Origin: Candidatus Poribacteria bacterium
GTDB taxonomy: Bacteria; Poribacteria; WGA-4E; PCPOR2b
DNA length: 64,000 bases
Direction: 5' to 3'
Assembly (NCBI GenBank): GCA_965208675.1
Contig: OZ242351.1
Span: 3,488,001-3,552,000, forward strand
Part shown: piece by piece, positions 22,243 to 30,542 of the stretch
Layout of the letters: every line of letters starts with the position of its first letter
Numbering within the stretch: position 1 is the stretch's first letter
Program-made: the position numbers and the translations under genes
Notes under the pieces: generated by a model
Told to the model about the DNA's origin: nothing
Database searches by the model: none
What the model saw: the letters and a program-made list of their open reading frames with translations, nothing else

Positions 22243-22380
22243 ATAGGAAAACCAGTAATTTTTATACATTGCGGAAAGATCGGTTGCCTAACCGAGCCGC
22301 TGTTTATGCAGACCGTCGTAGATACGGTGAGAAACCGCACCTACCGAAACTTGTGTAGTATGAATGGTATTGACAATAGT
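22243..22380. repeat. About 138-bp MITE/REPIN-like element, copy 2 (inverted relative to 14742-14877)
   Basis: Contains CGGTTGCCTAACCG and CGGTGAGAAACCGCACCTACC. The outer arms match those of copy 1. Confidence 0.7.
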
Positions 22381-22416
22381 AACGAGATTGTTGCGCGGTT
22401 TGAAGGAATTGGAATT

Positions 22417-23022
22417 TCATTTTGCACGGCGGATGCGGTCCACTGTTCTCCTCAAACTTGGGGATGCCGCGGCAGCTCGTTCTAGATTCCAAGCATCGCG
22501 TACAAATTGGCTCAGGCAACTGTTATATTCGGGCCCCACAGTAGTAGTAACCGCTCTTCGCGGTGGAACGAGCTGGTCTCGCAAACTCTTCTTGTTGCTT
22601 CTTCGGGCAAGCGATACTAGGAATTCTTTGGGTTGAGGAATATCATCTGGTGTGCTAGGAATTCGAGTTGCTGGTATAGACAAGAACGCGGCTAGAGCAT
22701 CCCGATCCGCCATAATCCAAGATTCGATTTCCATCACCGCCACGCGAAGGAAAAATCCGGGATTTAGCGGGGCTCTCACCCAAGATTGGATTAGTTCCGG
22801 GGCACAAGTTTGTGGAGAGTCTAGGTCTGTGAACATTAAAACATAAGGCGGCGCCGCCGCTGATCGATTGAGCTCGTTGGCGCGCCTTTGAAGGTAAGAC
22901 TTTCCTTGATAAGTGTTTGGGATTCTGAGATCAATTTCAATGCCTAAATGCTTGAGAATTTTAGTCGAGACCACATCGCTTAGGCTATCCTCAACCGCAA
23001 GGATTACGCTGTTTAGGCTCAT
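22417..23022 (-). CDS. DUF4276-like TOPRIM-fold protein
   Basis: LAVEDSLS, FTDLD, VAVMEIESWIMAD, PKEFL and ASPSL motifs. Coupled to the ATPase by a TAATG overlap. Confidence 0.75.
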   Translation of the reverse strand: MSLNSVILAVEDSLSDVVSTKILKHLGIEIDLRIPNTYQGKSYLQRRANELNRSAAAPPYVLMFTDLDSPQTCAPELIQSWVRAPLNPGFFLRVAVMEIESWIMADRDALAAFLSIPATRIPSTPDDIPQPKEFLVSLARRSNKKSLRDQLVPPRRAVTTTVGPEYNSCLSQFVRDAWNLERAAAASPSLRRTVDRIRRAK

Positions 23023-24173
23023 TACAGTAAATTCAACTGTTCAAGATTTTCAGGTTTGGTTCTCGAAAGCACAACTTCAGCGACAGTCAGCCCGTTCCTC
23101 AGTAGTGATTCTACGGCAGAAATGTCGGAGGCTCTTTTTACCTCTGTGCCTTCTTTGGCGGGCGTGAGCAGCAGTACTTCCGTACCGTCAATTCCCTGTT
23201 CCGTGAGAAGAGCGTCGCTGTGTGTACTCACGAAGACCTGCCGCCGCCGCGTTCGTTGCATTTTAGATATTAAAGCGGCGATGCGTGACACAATGCCGGC
23301 GTTTAATGACAGTTCAGGTTCCTCCAATAGAAGAATTGACTCACTTTCTAGAAGTGTCCAGAGTAATCCGAGAAGGCGCAGCGTCCCGTCCGAAAATTGA
23401 TCTTCGCGTTGCCAACCTGCCTTTGGACGCCAGTGAGAATAGAGTGCTTGAAAATGCGGGCGGCCGGTAGTTTCATCTCGAACAAATTCCAATTGCTCAA
23501 GTTGGGGCACGGCAAAATTTAAGGCCTGTTCAATTTTTTTCAGTCTCGACCGGCGAGTTTTTTCCGGGACACTTGCAACCCTTTCAAGAAACCCCTGCCC
23601 AAATGGATCGTCTTCAACAATCTTCCCTTGAATGGAATCGGAAAACCGCAAGAGTTGAGGAACTAAATGCTGGTATCTGATAGCTTGCAGGAAACGCGCT
23701 ATTTCCCGAAATTTGGCATTGACATTAATCTGTTCAAGAAAGGTCTGTGTCAGTCGATCTGGATCTGCCTCGTCTGGTTTATCCGGTCTATTGAGGATTC
23801 GTTCATTATTTCTCCACACGCGCTCGTAGCTGAGGAGGGGACGGCGATATCCCCGAGTTTCTTGGCGAAATCCGAGCCCATATTTCCAAGTAGCGGAGGA
23901 GTCCGAATCCTCCGCAAGGTGTATTTCAATTGCCACCTCCGGATCGCGCCGTGCCGCCAAGCTACGGATTTTGGAGAGACCGCCCCGGTCTTTGACGGCT
24001 TTCTGAAAACCGCCGCCCTCCGCTTTTACGATATCTCGAAGAAAGCGAAAAATGTCGAGAAGGTTGGATTTCCCGGACGCATTCGCGCCTACAATAAACT
24101 GACGTTCGCTAAGATGTACATCAATCTGTTTAAAATTACGCCAGTTTTTCGCGATGAGGCGGCTGATTATCAT
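23022..24173 (-). CDS. ABC-type (AAA_21-like) ATPase
   Basis: NWRNF, Walker A GANASGKSN, signature FSDGT, Walker B LLLEEPE and H-loop STHS. No membrane partner. Confidence 0.9.
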   Translation of the reverse strand: MIISRLIAKNWRNFKQIDVHLSERQFIVGANASGKSNLLDIFRFLRDIVKAEGGGFQKAVKDRGGLSKIRSLAARRDPEVAIEIHLAEDSDSSATWKYGLGFRQETRGYRRPLLSYERVWRNNERILNRPDKPDEADPDRLTQTFLEQINVNAKFREIARFLQAIRYQHLVPQLLRFSDSIQGKIVEDDPFGQGFLERVASVPEKTRRSRLKKIEQALNFAVPQLEQLEFVRDETTGRPHFQALYSHWRPKAGWQREDQFSDGTLRLLGLLWTLLESESILLLEEPELSLNAGIVSRIAALISKMQRTRRRQVFVSTHSDALLTEQGIDGTEVLLLTPAKEGTEVKRASDISAVESLLRNGLTVAEVVLSRTKPENLEQLNLL

Positions 24174-24272
24174 AGCGGTAACTCCCGATACGTCTGAGAA
24201 TCAGATTTTTTCTTTGAGTTGTCCTGCTTCGGTTGGATTTTGTGTTGCTAACGGCGCCAATTAATATCGTAA

Positions 24273-24301
24273 AGTATGTCACATAAACATTGCGTTGTCA
24301 A
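24273..24301 (-). promoter_or_regulatory. Putative sigma70 promoter for the ATPase-DUF4276 pair
   Basis: The minus strand reads TTGACA-N17-CATACT with a TG extension. Confidence 0.55.
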
Positions 24302-24367
24302 TTGAGTCTTCGGCAACCACTTGCCATTTTAAACGTCCGCGTTCCGAGGGCGTCTGTCACAAAACCC

Positions 24368-25162
24368 CTAACTCCATTTCGGATAGTCGCGTATTCGTAG
24401 ATCTTCGCGCCAATCGGACATATTATCGCCTTTTCGGCCGCGGCTACGGACTTTGACAGCGTTCAGCGACTGATTACGCGCCCAAACGGTGCCCATTTGT
24501 TTGACAAACAAGGGTACCGAATCCTCACGGCACTGATCTCGAATCTCGGCGACCCACGCCTCATTCATGGGTCTCGCACCGGGTCCTGATTCGCCTCCGA
24601 CAATCACCCAATGTATACCGTCTAATCTGAGTTGACCGAGCCGCCCGAGCAAGGGTTCCAGTGACAGGAATTTGAGTTGCGCTTCGGTGCCTCGCAGACA
24701 ATCTATCCGGAAGGTGTATTCTGCGCTTTCCACACTTACCCCCATCCAGACATTCGGCAGCCAGCGCAGTTTAGGGCTCAATTCGGCAAGGCGTTCCGCT
24801 CGTTTGGTGAGAACTTGAAATTGGTGCCGGTCAGCCCGCCTCATAACGTCAAAGACTTCTTGGATGTATTCTAACGGCACGTCCTCATGGAACAGATCGC
24901 TCATGGAGTTTACAAAAATCAAGCGAGGTTTTTTCCATTTTAAAGGCTGATTCAAAACGCCGGGCACACGTTGGACGCGATTCGTCCACCGAGGTCCCGT
25001 TTTCGTCATTTTCGCAATCCCCTCGTATGCCAAACCCTTCTGAGCGAATCGCGCGGCGATACGTTCGGCATAGCAGAAACGACAGCCTTCAGACACGCGG
25101 CTGCAGCCGCGCACCGGGTTCCAGGTTGATTCCGTCCACTCTATATTGGATTGCGTAACCAT
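24368..25162 (-). CDS. DUF5131 / phage Gp37-Gp68 family three-Cys (radical-SAM-like) protein
   Basis: SNIEWTESTWNPVRGCSRVSEGCRFCYA, FVNSMSDLFH, QVLTKR, FLSLEPLL, WVIVGGESG and FVKQMG. Confidence 0.92.
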   Translation of the reverse strand: MVTQSNIEWTESTWNPVRGCSRVSEGCRFCYAERIAARFAQKGLAYEGIAKMTKTGPRWTNRVQRVPGVLNQPLKWKKPRLIFVNSMSDLFHEDVPLEYIQEVFDVMRRADRHQFQVLTKRAERLAELSPKLRWLPNVWMGVSVESAEYTFRIDCLRGTEAQLKFLSLEPLLGRLGQLRLDGIHWVIVGGESGPGARPMNEAWVAEIRDQCREDSVPLFVKQMGTVWARNQSLNAVKVRSRGRKGDNMSDWREDLRIRDYPKWS

Positions 25163-25338
25163 TACTGTTCACTTTCTCAAGATGTCTTGCGCAATTTTTA
25201 CAGCAGTTGAGACACGCCTTGAGCTAAAGGCTAATATTGTCGATTTCGTATTGTCATGCGCGGTGTTCAACCCACTCCTAGGCTTGCATGCTGGTTGCCG
25301 ATGGCGTTTCTACTGTTGCGTGATGCGATTAGCCTGCG

Positions 25339-25485
25339 TTAGCCTATTTTGCTTAGCTCGCTTTTCGGCGCTGGGGCGATGAGCATAGCGCTCAGGGTAT
25401 TGACCCAGAAACTGTTACGATTCAGGCGGTTAATTCCGGCTTGGATTATTTTCAGGTGTTCGACGACTTTTTCGGTGCCGTGCAT
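25339..25485 (-). pseudogene. Truncated 48-aa relic of a small membrane defence-effector-like gene
   Basis: Hand translation gives MHGTEKVVEHLKIIQAGINRLNRNSFWVNTLSAMLIAPAPKSELSKIG. The first ~35 aa resemble the HLE.IQ.vI.R...NSF..K.W N-terminus of a family I recall next to TIR/DUF1863 genes. Confidence 0.5.
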
Positions 25486-25500
25486 GGGAGTGCTGTACTT

Positions 25501-25542
25501 TGTCTGAATCGCGGATTGCCGCGGATTAAGGGATTACACGGA
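25501..25542. repeat. Cassette-boundary repeat copy 1 (half element)
   Basis: TGTCTGAATCGCGGATTGCCGCGGA followed 10 nt later by ACACGGA. Confidence 0.9.
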
Positions 25543-25618
25543 GGGGATTCGATTGAAATGCCAATGTGTACATGGCACGTTGACGTCTTTGATGAGGCTC
25601 GGTATTATTATTTCGCCT

Positions 25619-26842
25619 CTAGGCTTCATCGCTATCTTGCAAGGATTTTGCGGCGAAAATGGTTAAGCGCAATTCCTCTCCGAAGAGTTCGTATACGGGG
25701 GTTGTGCCGCTAAGTTCCTGGCTTTCATTGAGTATGATGCCGACGCCTTCGCCCCGGCGCTCAAGAAAGTGCCGCCTCTTTACTTGCCTGCCTATATTGT
25801 CGTCAAGCGTAGTTTCAGAAAGTAGGCGTGTGAGGAGTTCGTTTCGGGTTGCTTGGTTGTAAGGTAAATCGTCCACCGTTAAGGTATTTGCCAATGTCCC
25901 CGGCGAATAGAGTTCCAGCCGGTCTGTGAACATGAACAACCGAATCTTCGAGCCGGCTTTTGAATAATCCCTGTGGACAACCGCATTTACGATTGCTTCA
26001 AAAACAGCTCTCATGCTGTATTGTGAACGTTCTATTCTGCCAACGTCCTTGCGGGCTGAGACTTGGTTGTATCTTTCAACAAATTTGAATGCGTCCACAA
26101 CCTGTTGGCCGAGCGGTCCCCGAAAATCCTTTGCGTCAATCTGGTAGTTCGCATCCTTGACCACACCGTTATAAAAAACGGCTTGGATGAAGCTGTTATA
26201 GAGGAAATCGTCGGGGCTGTCATGACACATCAACAGGCCGGCTACCGAGGCGCGGCAATTTTGACCGTCTTTGACCAGCAAGCGCCGTTTCAGTAGCAGG
26301 TCTTCTACATTCTCCCGATCAGTTGCTCCCGCCGTGATAAATCGCCGATACAGCTTTTCCCTTAACGTGTCTCTGTGAGTGTTCGGTACGAACTGCTTAT
26401 CAAAAGAGATTCTATGTGCCTGCGAACGGCTTTGCGACAACCGCCCCAACTGCTCGGTGGTCATTTCTCTTGTGCTGCCGTCCGCGCGAATTAAATAACG
26501 TCCGGAAGATTTATGTACAAACAAGCTTGGCGGCACATCTATTTTCAACAGATTCTTATCGTCGATCCGCAGTTTTTCTGTAACAACGTACACCATAGGG
26601 TCAACGTTGTCGCTGCATATTTCAACCACTGTTTTCTCTGTCCTGTCGAGATCGTGGCGGTCAATACCGACAATTTCGCTGTCATCGCCAACGCCGATCA
26701 GTATCACCCCACCATTCGCGTTGGCAAACGCAACGATTTCATCGGCGAGCCCCTCTCTGTGAGGCAACTCTCTTTTGAATTCAACCGTTGCGTCTTCTCC
26801 CAGATATATTTTTTCAGTGAGTTCGGTTAAGCTGTCAAACAT
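25619..26842 (-). CDS. Schlafen/AlbA_2 domain + HATPase_c_4 protein
   Basis: GEDATVEFKRE, IVAFANANGGVILIGVGD, EAIVNAVVHRDYS, DRLELYSPG, TRNELL and ERRGEGV. Confidence 0.9.
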   Translation of the reverse strand: MFDSLTELTEKIYLGEDATVEFKRELPHREGLADEIVAFANANGGVILIGVGDDSEIVGIDRHDLDRTEKTVVEICSDNVDPMVYVVTEKLRIDDKNLLKIDVPPSLFVHKSSGRYLIRADGSTREMTTEQLGRLSQSRSQAHRISFDKQFVPNTHRDTLREKLYRRFITAGATDRENVEDLLLKRRLLVKDGQNCRASVAGLLMCHDSPDDFLYNSFIQAVFYNGVVKDANYQIDAKDFRGPLGQQVVDAFKFVERYNQVSARKDVGRIERSQYSMRAVFEAIVNAVVHRDYSKAGSKIRLFMFTDRLELYSPGTLANTLTVDDLPYNQATRNELLTRLLSETTLDDNIGRQVKRRHFLERRGEGVGIILNESQELSGTTPVYELFGEELRLTIFAAKSLQDSDEA

Positions 26843-26868
26843 TGGTCATTCTCAAATCAATATACAAA

Positions 26869-26913
26869 TGTCTGAATCGCGGATTGCCGCGGAATTACCG
26901 GAAAAACACGGAT
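26869..26913. repeat. Cassette-boundary repeat copy 2 (half element)
   Basis: Identical 25-nt core TGTCTGAATCGCGGATTGCCGCGGA, then ACACGGAT. Confidence 0.9.
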
Positions 26914-26961
26914 AAAATCCCCGGTTTTCCTATCGCTGCGAATTTTTACTTCCCTTGCGGT

Positions 26962-27522
26962 CTAGTGTGTTTTTCCCCCGGATATAAGCGAAAGTGCTTT
27001 AAGAAATGAGTGCACGCCTGCAATTTCTAGCTTACTGATTTCCCAGTCATATTCTTTGGCGAATTTCTTAATGTGTTTGCGTTTGGTGCGCTTCCGTTGT
27101 TGGAAAATGTAATGCACTTTCGCGGCGATCGAGAGCGTATTAAAATCGCCCGCCAATGGGAGGCTGTTTAACGTGTCAAGCGCTCGCTTCCAATCGGTGT
27201 ATCCATCCTCTTTTTTAATCTCACCCATTACCGCTTCGCTGTCGGATGTCCAACAATAGGTATGGCGCCGGGTCTCGCCAAAGACATTTCGGTCGGTTGA
27301 AAAAGACTCCGTGACTTCTTTCAGAAAGCGGGCGTGGACGAGAATATCCAGGTTTTCCGCAACCGGACTGCTATAAGGTCCATAGTAGTGCGGCCGGAAA
27401 CCGAGGTCGGTTTTGTTCAATACCGACAGGAAATAGAGTTTCTTTTGGATAGTAGTTCGTCCCCGGAGACTTTTCTCCGCCTCACCCCCGATGACAAGCA
27501 AAATCAGGTCTTGAATGTGCAT
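26962..27522 (-). CDS. YwgA/SocA(Panacea)-like winged-helix protein
   Basis: GRTTIQKKLYFL and FRPHYYGPYS motifs. ATG at 27522 preceded by AAGGAAA. Confidence 0.7.
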   Translation of the reverse strand: MHIQDLILLVIGGEAEKSLRGRTTIQKKLYFLSVLNKTDLGFRPHYYGPYSSPVAENLDILVHARFLKEVTESFSTDRNVFGETRRHTYCWTSDSEAVMGEIKKEDGYTDWKRALDTLNSLPLAGDFNTLSIAAKVHYIFQQRKRTKRKHIKKFAKEYDWEISKLEIAGVHSFLKALSLISGGKTH

Positions 27523-27632
27523 ACGACTGTTTTCCTTTGAGGGACAACACATTTTGATGGCCCCTGTCCGACAAATAGCAAAAGGCTTGAAATTGCTATG
27601 TTTTTTATGTCAGGTATTCACTTTTTTGAAAT

Positions 27633-27721
27633 TGTCTGAATCGCGGATTGCCGCGGATTAACTGATGACACGGATTGAGAATCTGCGTTATCCGCTTCAT
27701 CAGTTTAATCCGTGATTCAGA
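27633..27721. repeat. Cassette-boundary repeat copy 3 (complete palindromic element)
   Basis: Same 25-nt core. Ends TCTGAATCGCGGATT and AATCCGTGATTCAGA are inverted (1 mismatch). Inner TTAACTGATGA pairs with TCATCAGTTTAA. Confidence 0.9.
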
Positions 27722-27849
27722 TGGTTTTTTCCAAGGCGGTCCTCCACAATCGCAAAACATTCAGGTTTTAGGGCGGATGGAATACGCCCAGATTCACTAC
27801 CTTGTACGGTCAAGAATGCCATAAAAACGTTAAGTTTTCAATAAAATCA

Positions 27850-27951
27850 TTAAGCAACTACCCAATCCTCCTTCAATCTGCTTGCCTTCTGCAGTCGCTT
27901 CGCATTATACACGGCGTCGCGATTCCCTCCTGTAAGGTTTAGAACATTAAA
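27850..27951 (-). pseudogene. Relic second copy of the 3' end of the Eco57I-like methyltransferase
   Basis: Translates as FNVLNLTGGNRDAVYNA------KRLQKASRLK, against the MTase C-terminus FDALNLTQGERDAVYEAVIDLVQARLRKAGSLK (30601-30699). Confidence 0.85.
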
Positions 27952-28005
27952 GCTACCTGTGCCAAGGCACAGACATCAGGCTCTCTCTCGGTTATGCCGA
28001 CTAGA

Positions 28006-28449
28006 CTAGGTTGTTTGGCATTTCATTTGCTGAAGAAACGGGAACTCATCGTGCCGAACGTACCGCCATGACTGTGGGACGACAAACTTCGAGAATTGGC
28101 GTCGCAATGTGCTTAGGCTAATGGGAGTTTGGCATTTCCAGATATCTGTAATTTCAAGTGCATAAGCTATAGTCTGTCCCTCAAAATAGGTGTCGAAATC
28201 CCGCTTATTCACGCCTGCTCGATTGCGCACCATGTTCCAAACATCCTCAGGAGCATCACACCACACCTGTCCAACACGAAAGCCTCCGCGCAACTCCATA
28301 ACAGGACTGGACACATAAATGAATACATCACGGTGCCGCATACCCGATGCAATTCGCCGTCGCAGTTCAGCCGTTTTACGGCGCTCAAAAATCAAATTTG
28401 CATAAAGAGGTTTTAGAGAAAGTAGGACGGGTTGCTTTGTGAGATTCAT
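28006..28449 (-). CDS. ASCH (PUA-like) domain protein
   Basis: VLLSLKPLYANLIFERRKTAELRR, FIYVSSP, FDTYFEG and VPQSWRY. The ATG at 28449 overlaps the upstream TGA (ATGA). Confidence 0.88.
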   Translation of the reverse strand: MNLTKQPVLLSLKPLYANLIFERRKTAELRRRIASGMRHRDVFIYVSSPVMELRGGFRVGQVWCDAPEDVWNMVRNRAGVNKRDFDTYFEGQTIAYALEITDIWKCQTPISLSTLRRQFSKFVVPQSWRYVRHDEFPFLQQMKCQTT

Positions 28450-30467
28450 GGCCAATCAGGAAAACCTTTTTGATATAGTTCACGAAAAATCTGTGCAGTT
28501 AGTGTGCATGGGCCTTGTAGTGACGGCTGAGGCTTATTGTTTTTTTTGAATACATCTTTCACCTCATCCAATGAGACGGGTTGTCGAAAGAGAAACGTAT
28601 GCGAAAATTTCAATGCCATGAGTTTCTTCGACGGATCATGGTGGCAAATCTCATAAAGGTCGTCCCATTTCAGAATCCCGAATTTTTTGAATTTTCTGAA
28701 AAGTTCTTTGGGGGTGTCTACTACAACGTCGTCTAGGCGAGATACGGCTATAATTTGGTGTTTATCTCTGCTAACATACCACAAAATCCGAGCTGGGGCT
28801 TTTAACATTTTGTGACGCGTTGCTGAACGATAGTAAACATTATTCCAGAGCAATAGGACTTCAGGATTCCCCCCGAAGAGGTCGTCTGCCGACGCTAGTC
28901 TGTCAATCAGACTAATCGCATAGCCAGCCTGAATTGGTATCAGAAAAAGCCTTTGGGGTGCAGGCTTGAGACTTAGCGGAGAACAACATTGTTCTAGGCC
29001 AAGATCTAACATACACTGATAACTAGATAGACATTCAGGGCGTAGTGCAGCAATCGCAGACAATACTTCCTTCCGACTCTTGCACCGAGAAAAACAGAAT
29101 CTCACGAAACTGCTGTCAAATTTTATAAATCCCAACTCTAACAAGTCTGGTGTCATGCTGAGGGCGACGGAAGAAATTTCGAACTTGACCATATCCAGAT
29201 TTTCCTCAACTGCTTTGGCAATCGTGTCGGCAATGAGAAAGCGGCCGAACAGCAATCTGTCAGCAGAATATATCACTCTTGCCAAAGGTGAACTGAGTAC
29301 TCTATTGAAACTCTTTGTCAGAACTCGGATTCCAATTAATTCATCACGTGACCGTAGCAGTTCACATTCGTAACGATTCGGTTCGGCTAGCAAGGATTCC
29401 AGTTTTACCCTAAATTTCCCCGTCGTTTCATGTTTTTCTACAAATGAAGCAAAGGGAAAGGATGCTAAGTCTTTGGACTCCATGCGTTGCCAACGAAGGC
29501 GAAAGCCTGCAATTCGGTCGGGGACATAGGATTGCTGTTCTGCCAACTCATGCATCCGAATAATCAGGTCGACGGGACTAATCACATCAAGCCCTGTTAG
29601 CTCGGCTATTGCTTTTGACTTTTTCAGTAACGCCCGGTCGCGAGTGACAAATGTGTTTACGCTGGACGCGGCAGCTTTAGCTAAATGTTGAATATCGGAA
29701 TCCTGATTTCGCCTTCCGCGAGGAAGTATTCCACTTAGTAGTTCGGCAATACCTTCTGTTAAATGGACGGGGGATTTAATTTGAGGAAAGTTGTGAGCTC
29801 TGTTATTGGATAGTTTACGTAGTTGTGGATCGTCCTGTCGGTCAATTTCATTGAGCAGCTCGTCCGTAATCCAAAGGCTTAAGGAATCTACTAGGAAATC
29901 GGAGAGGAGCATTTTAGATGGTGTGGTCTTATCACTATCTGGTTCATCAAAATCGAAGAAGATCTGGGCATCAATGATGATGTCCACAGTATCGTCTGAT
30001 GTTCTTGCTTGAAATATCTCTAACTGCTCCTCTTGAGTGAGTGTGAGTTCCCAGGTCGTCAAGCGGTGATTATCCTTTGAACGGCTCGGTTTTTCTCCTA
30101 TGGCCACGAACCCCAATTTGGGCCACATGCGATTTTCCGGGAAATCACGACGACAATTTAGTGTTATAAACTTTTGCGTAACCACCTTACCTCGCAAGTA
30201 ATTAACAAGCTGGGTAGCAACGCCTTTGCCACGATGCTGTTTCGCTACGCAAAGGTGTGTAATTCTGAAATAAATCGGATGGGCTGAGTAGAGAAGATAA
30301 CCCACAAGATTATCGTCATTGCCTATAACTCCAAGTGCGCCTCCTTTATTTAGAAAATCTTGCAGGGCTTCCTTCGGGAGAAAACCGAGCGTTTTACTGT
30401 TCATTTTCATTAGCTCGTCTACGGCATCAAGCCAAGCCGATGTTAGTTTCGAGACTGTTATGTTCAT
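28446..30467 (-). CDS. GNAT acetyltransferase - PIN nuclease - degenerate GNAT - EVE/PUA-like fusion
   Basis: GNAT: ITHLCVAKQHRGKGVA, WPKLGF. PIN: IIIDAQ, LLNEI, DIQHL, FVTRD. C-terminal: LIPIQ...NVYYRS...APARILWYVS. Confidence 0.82.
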   Translation of the reverse strand: MNITVSKLTSAWLDAVDELMKMNSKTLGFLPKEALQDFLNKGGALGVIGNDDNLVGYLLYSAHPIYFRITHLCVAKQHRGKGVATQLVNYLRGKVVTQKFITLNCRRDFPENRMWPKLGFVAIGEKPSRSKDNHRLTTWELTLTQEEQLEIFQARTSDDTVDIIIDAQIFFDFDEPDSDKTTPSKMLLSDFLVDSLSLWITDELLNEIDRQDDPQLRKLSNNRAHNFPQIKSPVHLTEGIAELLSGILPRGRRNQDSDIQHLAKAAASSVNTFVTRDRALLKKSKAIAELTGLDVISPVDLIIRMHELAEQQSYVPDRIAGFRLRWQRMESKDLASFPFASFVEKHETTGKFRVKLESLLAEPNRYECELLRSRDELIGIRVLTKSFNRVLSSPLARVIYSADRLLFGRFLIADTIAKAVEENLDMVKFEISSVALSMTPDLLELGFIKFDSSFVRFCFSRCKSRKEVLSAIAALRPECLSSYQCMLDLGLEQCCSPLSLKPAPQRLFLIPIQAGYAISLIDRLASADDLFGGNPEVLLLWNNVYYRSATRHKMLKAPARILWYVSRDKHQIIAVSRLDDVVVDTPKELFRKFKKFGILKWDDLYEICHHDPSKKLMALKFSHTFLFRQPVSLDEVKDVFKKNNKPQPSLQGPCTLTAQIFRELYQKGFPDWP

Positions 30468-30542
30468 AATTTGCCTTACTTAAGGGTAAACCCAAAAAGT
30501 CTTCACTATAAATTTACCTGTGAGATTGATAGCACAAATTTG

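Noticed and set aside
25501-27721. CRISPR array or integron attC sites
   Set aside because: The copies are about 0.75-1.4 kb apart with genes between them. No cas genes, no RYYYAAC/GTTRRRY ends and no integrase in the window.
27700-27822. 40-aa minus-strand ORF (MAFLTVQGSESGRIPSALKPECFAIVEDRLG...) as a methyltransferase C-terminal relic
   Set aside because: The resemblance is too short and weak to support without a search.
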